Virus record (IMG/VR): IMGVR_UViG_3300044641_004197
Coordinates: 1-64,000 of that record
DNA length: 64,000 bases
Direction: 5' to 3' (one strand)
Origin: a virus
Below, one piece after another: positions 1-10,299 of the stretch. The position numbers were made by a program, and so were the translations under genes. The notes beneath the pieces were generated by a model that had not been told where the DNA came from, made no database searches, and saw nothing but the letters and a program-made list of their open reading frames with translations. Numbering within the stretch: the first letter of the stretch is position 1; the number at the start of each line of letters is the position of its first letter.

Positions 1-356
1 CTCATATACCAATCATAATCATGTATATATGAATATACTTCACTGAAAAACAATTGACACATGTGTCTATAACCTATCTTGTATTCGTGTCTACCATCTT
101 CAAATTCTACTTGATATATACTAAAATCTTTAGATGACTTTAATTCGATAGTTTTAAATTTTAAATTGTCATATGACGATTCTAAATCTTTTATAACAGA
201 CTCAGAAAAATCATTTTCAACAAAAACGATTACATCGGCATTGTATATATATTTGTAATGACTATAGAGTTTATTCAAAGATAATTTTAAATTATCAATT
301 GTTTTATCATCCGATTTAGATAAATAACATATAACATTCTTTCTCACAAAACACAT
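1..356 (-). CDS. GT15 (Kre2/Mnt1-like alpha-1,2-mannosyltransferase) family protein, runs off the window edge
   Basis: Not in ORF track; hand translation from ATG at 356 gives MCFVRKNVICYLS...GYRHMCQLFFSEVYSYIHDYDWYM, matching the GT15 signature YRHMC...YDWY. Confidence 0.7.
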   Translation of the reverse strand, partial: MCFVRKNVICYLSKSDDKTIDNLKLSLNKLYSHYKYIYNADVIVFVENDFSESVIKDLESSYDNLKFKTIELKSSKDFSIYQVEFEDGRHEYKIGYRHMCQLFFSEVYSYIHDYDWYM

Positions 357-369
357 ATATATTGTTATT

Positions 370-1074
370 TTAAACTATAGTATTTTTAACAGGATGATAA
401 TAACCGTGCATATTTTTATCAAAAGTTATAATATCTTCTCTCCAACTTACAGATTCTTTATCAATTTGGTTAAGTTGAAACCCAGATTGTTGAACTAACG
501 TTCCTAATCGCATTTCTGAAAACATATTATCGTATTGTCTTGGATTTGATATTATACGATTGACCATCGAAGATAAAACTTGGTTATTAAACATCAAACA
601 AGAAGTTGGTCCTAAACCCGCGAGATTTTCTATTGTTTTTTGTTCATCACTTAGTTGATTATACCAATACCAATCTAATAAACCATCATCGATTCTTACA
701 GCATGACCAAAATTGTTCAAATATAACGCATATCCATAATATTCTTCCAACGAACAATTGCAATATGTATCCCACTCCAATACAAAATATACAGGTAATT
801 TAGGATTAAATCTATAAAAATCATAGATTAATATATCCGCTTCATACCAACTAATTGGCCGTTCATCTCTGTTTAAAAAAATATTATTATTTGGATATAT
901 ATCATCAGTTCTAGTGACTACGTGAGAACCTTCAATCAGATCACAACCATCAAATCCAACTGGGTGTATATTCTTTGTTGGGTTATACTTCTTAATTCGC
1001 TCAAAATTTTGAAGAGTAACATCAGAACGGTTATAATGAAGAAACAATATTGATACACGGTTTTTAAGAATCAT
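370..1074 (-). CDS. Putative glycosyltransferase-like protein (DUF3405-like)
   Basis: YFVLEWD acidic motif, FSEMRLGT and C-terminal YHPVK; sits in glycan cluster. Confidence 0.45.
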   Translation of the reverse strand: MILKNRVSILFLHYNRSDVTLQNFERIKKYNPTKNIHPVGFDGCDLIEGSHVVTRTDDIYPNNNIFLNRDERPISWYEADILIYDFYRFNPKLPVYFVLEWDTYCNCSLEEYYGYALYLNNFGHAVRIDDGLLDWYWYNQLSDEQKTIENLAGLGPTSCLMFNNQVLSSMVNRIISNPRQYDNMFSEMRLGTLVQQSGFQLNQIDKESVSWREDIITFDKNMHGYYHPVKNTIV

Positions 1075-1103
1075 ATATATAATTATCTTTGAAAACGATT
1101 AAA

Positions 1104-2003
1104 TTACATTATATAGTTAACTATACTTAAAAATTTCCTTTTGTTTTTATCATTCACTTCCAAGAAATGGTTTCTTATATTTTTACTATTTTTTCTCTGA
1201 AACTCTAATAGTTCATCAATATTTTTTAACATTTCATCAAATTTAGATCTATCGACAAAATGACCCTCTCTAAATCTATAACTAACGCCTGGAATAAATT
1301 TACTTTTATCTAAAAATTTATACCCCAACACACTTCTACATACATTTTTAGTGGGAATAAATTTTACCAAATCGGGATCTAAATACTCTTTAAATACAGG
1401 TATTTCACTACATATGACCAACTTACCACAACTCATTGCTTCCCATAAATAATGTCCCCAACCCTCATATAAGCTACAACAAATATGAATATCATGAGTA
1501 TTAAGTTCACCATCAACTTGACTGTCAGATAAATATTCAGACTCAGAGTCCAATACCTTTATACTATCTTTATAATTGTATATAAGTTCGGAGTTCTTTT
1601 GAATTGACTTACCTTTAAAATGTAATACTTTTCCAGTATTTCTAGGAAAGAAATATCTATCTAAACTAAAAAATCCAGTTTGGACTATATTTGCGTGGTA
1701 AGGAACTAACAATTGTTTTGCATAATCTGACTTAACGATCAAATAATCAAACTGACTCAAGAATAAAACTTCATCTTGATTTAACCACTCTTCATTTATG
1801 ATAAATATGTTTTTTTTATTATTTGGAAGTTGATCGGCATGAATATTTTGTATAAAGATACCTAAATCACCTTTTCTATATTCATTTGTTTTGGATATAT
1901 CATATGATGCAACATCGTGATCGGATAGTAATGTTTTAATTAAAATAGCGTCATTTACTACACCCACACCGTTATTCCAATAATATAAATTAACTTTATA
2001 CAT
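1104..2003 (-). CDS. GT-B (GT4-like) glycosyltransferase
   Basis: SLYEGWGHYLWEAMSCGKLVI matches the GT4 E-x7-E motif. Confidence 0.8.
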   Translation of the reverse strand: MYKVNLYYWNNGVGVVNDAILIKTLLSDHDVASYDISKTNEYRKGDLGIFIQNIHADQLPNNKKNIFIINEEWLNQDEVLFLSQFDYLIVKSDYAKQLLVPYHANIVQTGFFSLDRYFFPRNTGKVLHFKGKSIQKNSELIYNYKDSIKVLDSESEYLSDSQVDGELNTHDIHICCSLYEGWGHYLWEAMSCGKLVICSEIPVFKEYLDPDLVKFIPTKNVCRSVLGYKFLDKSKFIPGVSYRFREGHFVDRSKFDEMLKNIDELLEFQRKNSKNIRNHFLEVNDKNKRKFLSIVNYIM

Positions 2004-2349
2004 TTAACGAAATTAATCCTTCATTTCTTACCAAACAATATGATTCTGCAGTTATAGTGCCATCAGGTTTCATATCATTTATGATAACTCTAGATCCACG
2101 TCCAACGCCCATAATTAACATATCATATGTTATCCCAATTTCTTTTAACTGTTTCTCAGTTACCTCTCTCTGCGACTCTTTTCTTCCTGTCACTAATATC
2201 AATCTATAATTTTTAAGAGTCCACTCTTTTAATTTTTCAATAACTCCAGGTAAAACTTCCGCTTTAAAATCAGGCTTGGACGATTCAAATGTAGAACAAT
2301 GTTTTATTAATGTTCCATCTATATCACAAAAAATTGTTTTTGGGTTCAT
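1996..2349 (-). CDS. Small capless HAD-superfamily phosphatase
   Basis: DIDGT motif I, LVTGR motif II, terminal IND. Confidence 0.8.
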   Translation of the reverse strand: MNPKTIFCDIDGTLIKHCSTFESSKPDFKAEVLPGVIEKLKEWTLKNYRLILVTGRKESQREVTEKQLKEIGITYDMLIMGVGRGSRVIINDMKPDGTITAESYCLVRNEGLISLNV

Positions 2350-3296
2350 ATAAGTATACTGTTGATTTTTGATTTAATCTTAAGTTTAATCAAATCTGTT
2401 AAATCGTCAATTTTATATTTTACTTCTTTTTTAAATGTTTCATTTTCTAAAACATAATGACCACATATCTGAATTAATTTTTCTCTGTTGTTAGTATCAA
2501 AATCTTTATTGACCCACTTCTTCCACTGACCGCTATCATAACATAATTGATAAAAAACATCTAACAATTTTTTATTATTCGTCAAATGTTCCAGATAACA
2601 ATTAGTTTCTATCAATCCAAACTCAGGTGCAATATTAATTGCATCCAATCCATAATTAAATTTCTCTTTTACCAGATTCGAATCGATGTAATCACCATTA
2701 TGTTCCTTTGTTTTTAACCCATATTTGTGAACCACATTGACAAAAGAAATCAATTTCTCTCGGTCATATACACCTGTATTTACATTTTCTTTCAAACTGG
2801 TTCCGCTCTGGATTACTATATACTCTAAATTATAATTTTTACATTCTTCTATTAGTTTTTCCAATTCTTCTAATTTAAATTCTCTAATACTCTGTTCAGT
2901 TGAAATTTCAAACTTTATATGTTTATTATTATTCAAACATCTTTCAATTAAAAATTTTGTGCATAACATACCCTCTTCAAATGAAGAATATTTTTTCCAA
3001 GGGTCTATATGTATTATATCGTAATATTGACAGTCATCATTCAGAGAAATCAATCCATCATCTATTGTTTTTCCTTGCAATGGTCCACCATGATCTCTTT
3101 CTAAAATAACATTATTACTTCTACTTTTTACATATTCAAATAATGTTTTATTAGTAAAGCTTATATACCCACCATCAAAATCAACTTGTCGTCTACTGGG
3201 TATAAGACCCAAATAGACGTTGTGTAAATTAGCATATTCAACTGTTGCATCAACAGTATTACGTGTAACACATCCTATGTAAAGTTTACAATTCAT
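2346..3296 (-). CDS. GatZ/KbaZ-like (tagatose-6-phosphate epimerase-type) TIM-barrel protein
   Basis: SRRQVD..GGY, RDHGGP, IHIDP, KEHNGDY, NIAPEFG motifs. Confidence 0.65.
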   Translation of the reverse strand: MNCKLYIGCVTRNTVDATVEYANLHNVYLGLIPSRRQVDFDGGYISFTNKTLFEYVKSRSNNVILERDHGGPLQGKTIDDGLISLNDDCQYYDIIHIDPWKKYSSFEEGMLCTKFLIERCLNNNKHIKFEISTEQSIREFKLEELEKLIEECKNYNLEYIVIQSGTSLKENVNTGVYDREKLISFVNVVHKYGLKTKEHNGDYIDSNLVKEKFNYGLDAINIAPEFGLIETNCYLEHLTNNKKLLDVFYQLCYDSGQWKKWVNKDFDTNNREKLIQICGHYVLENETFKKEVKYKIDDLTDLIKLKIKSKINSILI

Positions 3297-4842
3297 TCAA
3301 TTGTTTCTGTAACGTATATATTCCTAAGAAATATAAGAACTTATTCAAAGGATAAATATGTAATGGCGACATATTCAACCAAATTATTGACGTTAAAATA
3401 TTAATTTTAGTTTCATTATAACCATGATTTTTTATAAATTGTTTAAATTTTTCACGTTTTTCTATAGATGAAAATTTACACAATAATTCTATGTTTACAT
3501 AATTCTCACACTCTTCGGATTTAAAATTATTATTGGTAATCAAATGATGATCAAAGTATAATGAATGATTCATTTTAGCCAAATCATAATATACATCACC
3601 TCCATCAATTTCACCGCAAAAATCTTGACGCCAATCTAAAAATTTAAATACTCCGTCTTTTATAATCAAATTATCTAATATAAAATCTCCATGAAAATAA
3701 CATTTTTTATTGGTGCAAAGTAAATTTTCTGGTATTTTAGAAATCAAATCTTCAAATTTATCAATCTTCAATCCGTTGATGTTTATATTTTCATACTTAT
3801 GTCCCACAGATTTATAAAACATAGAAACTCTTTCTTTTGTTTTATCAAAGTAAAATTTTCTTGTTTTATCATAAAACGTATCGTTTGAAGAAACTTCATT
3901 CCAAAAATTAGATTGTAGATCGGTTAATAAATTATAAAATAATGTAGCATCAACATTATCAGACGCTAATTGTCCCTCTACAAACTTATACTTATAAAAA
4001 TTATCCGTATAGTCTATGAGAGTAGGACCATAATTTTTTAAATGTTTTAATCTGTTTACTCTATTTTTTACTATAGTTTTATCATAGAAAAATTTAATTA
4101 CAAAATCAGGAAACAAAAATATGTTTTCTTCATCTTTATCTAAAATTTTAAAATCATTCTCAAATATCTTCTTGGCATCATTTAATGCTTTAGAGTTTCC
4201 GATATCATACCAATCATTTATTGATTGATTTTTAAAAGGTATTTTTGATTCAATCAATTTGTTTATTACATGACAATCTACTAATGTAGTATCTGTAGGG
4301 TAATCACTCAATAACGATTCTGTAATTTCCCAAAACTTTTCATAATCTTTAATCTTAACGATTCCTATATGGATGTTATTGGACGATAAAGAACCTTTTT
4401 CTTCTATATTAAGAATAGTATTATCAGATAGATTCAATGTTCTATACTGACTATTATCGTCTTTTTGAGAGGATATACATATGTTACCTTCGTCAAATTT
4501 AATAGGATTTTGTGTCACTGAATCACATGCATGAAATATAAATTCCGATTGTAAATGTGTTTTTGCGGATGTCATTGAATACAATAGACTAGATCCTGGT
4601 CCTTCAAATTTATCTACATTCACAAATGTTACATTAAGATCCGTATGTGCCAATTTTATATATTCTCTCACATGGTTTCCATAATAACCAACTGTAATAA
4701 CAAATTCCGTATCTTTTGGATATGAATTTAAAATATGACTTAATGTGGGTAACTTTCCCAATCTTACAAGACTTTTATTTGTATATTTTGTTATGTTACC
4801 TAATCGGTTACCCAAACCACTTGTTGTTATTAATACTTTCAT
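3286..4842 (-). CDS. Sugar-phosphate nucleotidyltransferase fused to APH/choline-kinase-like phosphotransferase
   Basis: N-terminal GLGNRL..TKYTNKSL; C-terminal HGDFILDNL and FLDWR kinase motifs. Confidence 0.8.
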   Translation of the reverse strand: MKVLITTSGLGNRLGNITKYTNKSLVRLGKLPTLSHILNSYPKDTEFVITVGYYGNHVREYIKLAHTDLNVTFVNVDKFEGPGSSLLYSMTSAKTHLQSEFIFHACDSVTQNPIKFDEGNICISSQKDDNSQYRTLNLSDNTILNIEEKGSLSSNNIHIGIVKIKDYEKFWEITESLLSDYPTDTTLVDCHVINKLIESKIPFKNQSINDWYDIGNSKALNDAKKIFENDFKILDKDEENIFLFPDFVIKFFYDKTIVKNRVNRLKHLKNYGPTLIDYTDNFYKYKFVEGQLASDNVDATLFYNLLTDLQSNFWNEVSSNDTFYDKTRKFYFDKTKERVSMFYKSVGHKYENININGLKIDKFEDLISKIPENLLCTNKKCYFHGDFILDNLIIKDGVFKFLDWRQDFCGEIDGGDVYYDLAKMNHSLYFDHHLITNNNFKSEECENYVNIELLCKFSSIEKREKFKQFIKNHGYNETKINILTSIIWLNMSPLHIYPLNKFLYFLGIYTLQKQLNEL

Positions 4843-4844
4843 GT

Positions 4845-5201
4845 TTAAGAAACCCTCCCATAATTGTCTTGAAGCCTTACAATATCATCTTCTCCAAAAT
4901 ATTCACCGGTTTGAATTTCAATAAATTCTATATCAGTATCTCCTGTATTTTTAAACTGGTGTTTGCTCATTTTTGGAATAAAAATTGAATCTCCTTCTTT
5001 TAACTCACGTTCTACGTCATCTAACTTCAATGTTCCTTTTCCTTTAATAACAATCCAATATTCATTTCTTTTAAAATGATATTGATAACTTGGTGATTGT
5101 CCTGATCTTATTACTATCTTTTTAACTTTGCATTTGTCGTCATCCAACAAAACAGTATAAGTTCCCCACGGTCTATTTTCTTGTGTATTCATAATATTCA
5201 T
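4845..5201 (-). CDS. Stand-alone cupin, mannose-6-phosphate isomerase type II C-terminal domain
   Basis: ENRPWG, SYQYHFKRNEYW, IEIQTGEYFGEDDIVRLQDNYGR. Confidence 0.85.
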   Translation of the reverse strand: MNIMNTQENRPWGTYTVLLDDDKCKVKKIVIRSGQSPSYQYHFKRNEYWIVIKGKGTLKLDDVERELKEGDSIFIPKMSKHQFKNTGDTDIEFIEIQTGEYFGEDDIVRLQDNYGRVS

Positions 5202-5206
5202 AACAA

Positions 5207-5235
5207 ACTTTAATTCAACATTTTGATGTTGTCAA
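5207..5235 (-). promoter_or_regulatory. sigma70-like promoter for cupin-to-GT operon
   Basis: TTGACA-17 nt-TAAAGT; -10 box ends 5 nt before ATG 5201. Confidence 0.55.
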
Positions 5236-5255
5236 TATATATATAGTAAAATGTT

Positions 5256-5795
5256 ATGAGTTTAACTTTAAATAAAGCGTGTGAAATTATAAATTATAAT
5301 TATACACACGTTCTAGAGTTCGGTGTATATAAAGGTGGAAGTATTCGATTTTTAAGAGATAAATTACCATCAAATTTTAAAATTTTTGGTTTTGATAGTT
5401 TTGAAGGTTTGCCTGAAGATTGGACTGGAACTCAAGAAAAAAAAGGATATTTCAATGCCGAGGGAATAATACCAATTATTGAGAATGTAGAATTCTTTAA
5501 AGGATGGTTTGTAGATACATTACCTGAATATCTTAAAATGGCGGATACTATAGCATTATTACACATAGATTGTGATCTATACAGTTCGACAAAAACAGTA
5601 TTGTATAATCTAACAAATTACATAAAACCAGGAACAGTAATTGTTTTTGATGAGTGGTATTATAACTTTAAAGATATTGAAGAACATAAACAACACGAAC
5701 AAAAAGCTTTTTATGAATGGTCAACTGATAATAAAATTGATTATATTATTCTCGATGAATTAGAATGTGAAAAAAGAATTATAATTATTAAATAA
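5256..5795 (+). CDS. TylF/MycF-like class I SAM O-methyltransferase
   Basis: LEFGVYKG, FGFDSFEGLPEDW, KGWF.DTL, LLHIDCDLYSST, VFDEW. Confidence 0.85.
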   Translation: MSLTLNKACEIINYNYTHVLEFGVYKGGSIRFLRDKLPSNFKIFGFDSFEGLPEDWTGTQEKKGYFNAEGIIPIIENVEFFKGWFVDTLPEYLKMADTIALLHIDCDLYSSTKTVLYNLTNYIKPGTVIVFDEWYYNFKDIEEHKQHEQKAFYEWSTDNKIDYIILDELECEKRIIIIK

Positions 5796-5839
5796 ATATA
5801 TGCATGAAGCTGATCTTTTATTATCAATTCGTGGACAAA

Positions 5840-6967
5840 TTATTCAATAAATATTATTTTGTTATTTATATTATTTAATATATCATGTTTAATTTCATTA
5901 TTAAAGGTTCCCGATCTCAAAATAACCATGGAAGATTTTTGATTTGATAATTCTTGTAATGGAGACGTTACTCGTAAATTAGATCCACATAATCGTGTAT
6001 TTAATTTATTAATATCATTATCTAATATAAATTTTATTTTATCGGTATTTAGTCCATAAGATATAAGATATTGCGACACGGCATGAGCGCCAAAAAGATA
6101 TATGTCTCCGTCAAAATTATTAATTGCAGTATTATACTGTTCTACTAATTTTTTTTGATATTCAACATATTTCAAAAAAATGGTTTTATTTTTCAAATAT
6201 TCATCTTGTAAAAATGTATATTTCTTTGTGTGTCCTGAAAAAGTAACAGTATAAAAAATACTATGTTCTTCTCTGAAGTATTCTTTCTTTATTATTGAAA
6301 ATCCATGTTTACATAAAAAGAGTTCTAAATAATCATCGGACAATAAAAATGTGTGTTCAAAATTAATACAATTAGTATAAAATTTTTTAATCATTTCACT
6401 CATATTAGGAATCGAAAACACCATATTTCCATTCTTTTTCAAAATATTTTTACATTTTAATAAAAATTTATTTATATCATATACATGTTCGATAAGATGT
6501 GAATGCACAATAGTGTCATATTTTTCCTCGGTTTCGAAGAATTCATCAAAGAATAAATTAATAGTTTTAATTCCTAATTTTTTTTCTATATTAACATCAA
6601 TTATAGTCCAATCTATATTATTGCTTAATTTTTTAAAATTTTCATATAGAATTGTATGATGACTGCCTATTTCTAATATTTTCGTTGGATTAGATTCGTA
6701 TAAAAACTTTGCAAATTTTTCATGATGTTCTTTCCAAGAACTTCCAACTGTCCCAGATCCATGTGAGGTTTTGTAAACTTGATATATAGGCGCTGGATTT
6801 GTGATTTGAATTAACCCTGATGATAAACTTATACCGATATTTAAATCTTGTAAAACATCAGTCTCTATAGAAGAAACTGAAGTTCCCATAAATACAGGAA
6901 AATTTTTATATGTATAAATAATTTCTAAATCTTGATTTTCAGTTAATAAATCACAATTTCTAATCAT
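5840..6967 (-). CDS. Class I SAM methyltransferase, NDP-sugar C-methyltransferase-like
   Basis: ILEIGS, HSHLIEHV, FEH, C-terminal YLFGAH...ILDND..K; start placed at ATG 6967 (ATGA overlap with upstream stop) rather than 7012. Confidence 0.7.
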   Translation of the reverse strand: MIRNCDLLTENQDLEIIYTYKNFPVFMGTSVSSIETDVLQDLNIGISLSSGLIQITNPAPIYQVYKTSHGSGTVGSSWKEHHEKFAKFLYESNPTKILEIGSHHTILYENFKKLSNNIDWTIIDVNIEKKLGIKTINLFFDEFFETEEKYDTIVHSHLIEHVYDINKFLLKCKNILKKNGNMVFSIPNMSEMIKKFYTNCINFEHTFLLSDDYLELFLCKHGFSIIKKEYFREEHSIFYTVTFSGHTKKYTFLQDEYLKNKTIFLKYVEYQKKLVEQYNTAINNFDGDIYLFGAHAVSQYLISYGLNTDKIKFILDNDINKLNTRLCGSNLRVTSPLQELSNQKSSMVILRSGTFNNEIKHDILNNINNKIIFIE

Positions 6968-7905
6968 AAATTTTTTAATATCGATTCTAACTTTTCTAAA
7001 TTCATTTTCCAAGGTTCATTACAAGGATCGATTTTATTACCATATAACGGAGAATCTTTACATAATTCTCCAAATTCTAAACTAGTAACGTTTAAATTAG
7101 AAATATTAGAATAAACATATGAGGAATCGTAAGAAGGTGCCTGTAAATTATATATATTTACATTATTTGGATTTTCGATTAAAAACAAATTTATTAATCC
7201 ACATCCAGCTTCTATAAAAATATTTTTAAAATTGTTTAAATAAATCTTTTTTTCATAAAAACTTAAATCAGAGAATTTTTCTATTACGACAAAATTGTAT
7301 TTTATAAACAGTTCCCTAACATCTTCAGAATTTATTAATTTTCGGTTATAGCCTGTAGAAGCGTCTTTTCTCATAAAAACAATATTATCTTTGTGTATTA
7401 ATTTTCTAATATTAGAAAAGTCATACATTCCACCCATTGATACAATACAAGGATGTTCATCAAAATACATATTTTTAACAATTATTTTTTTATTACAAAT
7501 AATATCAATAACCGATTTCATATCTAAAATGTTATATCCATCTTTTCTAAAATAATCATATAACTCCAACATATATAATGAAAAATTGGTAACTAAAATA
7601 GGCACATTTTTAGGAAATGATTCTATTCTTCTACAAAAATTCATCACACTATGTCCATATACCTGCTCATCATTTTCATAAATCATATACAATTCTTCAA
7701 TATGATTAACATCGGATATCCAGTTGTTAAATTTAGACTCTAAAGATTTATGTAAAGTTGATCTTTCAAAATAATCATTTATCCACCATTTTTCTCTCCA
7801 TGGAAATAAATCATGTATGTAATCAGACCAAAAAACAATTGTTACATCTAAATTGGCATGATTTACACATTCTGCATAAAATTTTACATTATTTATACAC
7901 TTCAT
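6964..7905 (-). CDS. GT61 (DUF563)-like glycosyltransferase
   Basis: RKLINSEDV, LSFYEKK, EAGCGLINLF resemble GT61 C-terminal motifs. Confidence 0.6.
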   Translation of the reverse strand: MKCINNVKFYAECVNHANLDVTIVFWSDYIHDLFPWREKWWINDYFERSTLHKSLESKFNNWISDVNHIEELYMIYENDEQVYGHSVMNFCRRIESFPKNVPILVTNFSLYMLELYDYFRKDGYNILDMKSVIDIICNKKIIVKNMYFDEHPCIVSMGGMYDFSNIRKLIHKDNIVFMRKDASTGYNRKLINSEDVRELFIKYNFVVIEKFSDLSFYEKKIYLNNFKNIFIEAGCGLINLFLIENPNNVNIYNLQAPSYDSSYVYSNISNLNVTSLEFGELCKDSPLYGNKIDPCNEPWKMNLEKLESILKNL

Positions 7906-7914
7906 ATTAACATT

Positions 7915-8865
7915 TTACTTTAATAATCTATTTCGTTCACCTTGCCAAAATTCATTATATAATCTACACACTTCACCAAATGTGCTTCCATTTATGTAAT
8001 TTGAACGTATACATACAGCCGAATAAACAGAACATGGTATCGATATTAACGTAAATTGTTTCTCTATAATATGTCCAGTAATTACAGATTCAGGAGTTAA
8101 CAAACAATCTCTGAGAGATTCATTGTTAATATATGTGTTATATACAAATAACATATTTTCTATGATTTGTTTTGTAAAATCTTTCGTAAACAATTTAATA
8201 CTATTTGAAGATCCTAAAAAGGTTGTGTCACACATTTTAGGACGACCATTTACTATTGATATATCGTGTGCAAATATTGTATTTGTTAATCTATAAGAAT
8301 CTGCCCATCTAGCATCTTTGTTTTGCAATTCTTTAAAATTATTTTCCCAGTTAAATGGATATTTAAATATCAAACCATTATAATGATTATTTAAATCTAA
8401 AAATAAATCGGGTCTTAATTTAAACACTAAATCATATGAAATATTATTTTCAATTTCATATTGTTCCATCAATTTAACACCTTCTTCAAAACTGTGATAT
8501 TGATATAATCGTTGAAAGTCATTATTATATTTTTCATTTGCACACCAAAATACAAATTTGTCATCTTGATAATTTTCAACTTTCGATTTTATATTATCAT
8601 AATTAGTTTCTATAACTAATTTTTTAGGTTTTAATATGTTATTAATATTGTTGACATCTTCCGATGTCAATAAATTCTGAGAAAATTTTGTTTTATCAAA
8701 ATTTAAATCGCAAGTTTTTTCATGAGTGTGGACGAAGAAATCAGCTTTTACGTCAATCTCGTCATCACTATAATTAAAATATTTATTAAAAATATCTAAA
8801 CAAACTTCACTATACTTTCTGTATCTTGATGATACAATCACAGCAACTTTAATTTCTTGCTTCAT
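7915..8865 (-). CDS. Hypothetical protein, possible glycosyltransferase
   Basis: KVAVIVS..., FFVHT, YDLVFKLRPDL, PES; similar layout to 29365..30144. Confidence 0.45.
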   Translation of the reverse strand: MKQEIKVAVIVSSRYRKYSEVCLDIFNKYFNYSDDEIDVKADFFVHTHEKTCDLNFDKTKFSQNLLTSEDVNNINNILKPKKLVIETNYDNIKSKVENYQDDKFVFWCANEKYNNDFQRLYQYHSFEEGVKLMEQYEIENNISYDLVFKLRPDLFLDLNNHYNGLIFKYPFNWENNFKELQNKDARWADSYRLTNTIFAHDISIVNGRPKMCDTTFLGSSNSIKLFTKDFTKQIIENMLFVYNTYINNESLRDCLLTPESVITGHIIEKQFTLISIPCSVYSAVCIRSNYINGSTFGEVCRLYNEFWQGERNRLLK

Positions 8866-8866
8866 A

Positions 8867-9910
8867 TTATTTAATAGCTAATTCTCTATATGGTGTTATA
8901 TTTCCCCATTTAACATTATATTTATCAAAATTAGGATGTCTTAACATATCCATAAATTCATTATACTCTGGATGTTCTTCTTTATAAACCATAGCATTTG
9001 TAAAAAATGTAGATTCATACCAAGGATAAATTAAATATGGTGCCGGTGTAAATCCGTAATCGTTTGCAAGTTCAACAAACTGAGGCAATTCTTTATAATT
9101 CTTCTGTTGTAAAATAAAAGACATTTCTACATAAAAAGTATATTTGTTTACTTCAATTTGTTCTTTTAAGAATTTAGTATTATCATTTAATGCCTTCCAA
9201 TTTCCACCTACACGTATTTGATTATAAGTTTCTTCTGTTGCAGCATCATATGAAATTAATATATGAACTATGTTATTATGAATTCTACTAATTTTTTCCC
9301 AATATTTAGGTGTCATCATTACAGCATTTGTCTGCAAACCAATCTTTAAATTAGGATATTGTTCACCATCAATGCTAAACAAAAACTCTCTATATAATTT
9401 TGCCGCAAAGGGATCACCTGATCCTGTTATGTTAATAGTTATAATTTTATCCGGATTATTCTTAATAAGTTCTAGTAATTTAAATTGAAACTTTTCATTA
9501 AGTTCATAATCTTTAACATTTAAATGATGTGCAATTTTTTCAGGACGACAACTTGGACATTCTAAATTACAACTTCTGTCATTGCACAAGTGTATATATC
9601 CTGGGAGTTTATCATATTCCAAGATGTAATTATCGATAATGGATCGGATTTCTGCGTCTTCAGTATCTCTATCAGGTAAAGTTCCTTCTTGAATATACGG
9701 ACAAATTTCTTGTTTACAATATTTAAAATTTCCATCAAGTATTGATTTTCTAACATCTTTCGCGTCAGAACTATTCCAAACATCAAATATATTGTCCGTT
9801 CTCAATTTTCCTATATTTTTGTGAATATAACAACATTGAGTTGCATATTCGTCGCCTACCAACAAAAAATCCCACGGCGCTTTACAAAACTTTTTAGTTA
9901 AATCTTTCAT
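8867..9910 (-). CDS. Radical SAM protein with N-terminal SPASM/twitch-like domain
   Basis: CNLECPSC (CxxxCxxC), GSGDPF, LQTNA; N-terminal CKAPW...CC...C...C. Confidence 0.85.
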   Translation of the reverse strand: MKDLTKKFCKAPWDFLLVGDEYATQCCYIHKNIGKLRTDNIFDVWNSSDAKDVRKSILDGNFKYCKQEICPYIQEGTLPDRDTEDAEIRSIIDNYILEYDKLPGYIHLCNDRSCNLECPSCRPEKIAHHLNVKDYELNEKFQFKLLELIKNNPDKIITINITGSGDPFAAKLYREFLFSIDGEQYPNLKIGLQTNAVMMTPKYWEKISRIHNNIVHILISYDAATEETYNQIRVGGNWKALNDNTKFLKEQIEVNKYTFYVEMSFILQQKNYKELPQFVELANDYGFTPAPYLIYPWYESTFFTNAMVYKEEHPEYNEFMDMLRHPNFDKYNVKWGNITPYRELAIK

Positions 9911-9913
9911 ATA

Positions 9914-10294
9914 TTATTCTGTTTTTTCTTGTGTATAAATTTGATATAACGGATTGTTTTTATCAATTATTTTCCATATCTTCGATGTTTCGTCGCGGGT
10001 GACTACACATTCAATATTTATTTTAGTTAATTTTTTACTATCTATATCTTCTTCCAAATCAATATATGATAAACATTTAATTATGTCTCCGTTAAATTCA
10101 ACATCTATATATTTTTTACCAGCATACTCTTCAATCAAAGTTTCTGGCGCAACTTTCCACTTTTTTTCAAAATCATCATAATATACAAATGTTTGATTTG
10201 GTAATTTAACAACATCAAATCCATTGACATGTTTCAAATCGTCGATTGGAACTTTATAAACTGTATTCTTGAAGTAAATTTCTTTTATACGCAT
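9914..10294 (-). CDS. Hypothetical protein
   Basis: Tightly packed in operon; no recognisable motif. Confidence 0.6.
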   Translation of the reverse strand: MRIKEIYFKNTVYKVPIDDLKHVNGFDVVKLPNQTFVYYDDFEKKWKVAPETLIEEYAGKKYIDVEFNGDIIKCLSYIDLEEDIDSKKLTKINIECVVTRDETSKIWKIIDKNNPLYQIYTQEKTE

Positions 10295-10299
10295 AATAA

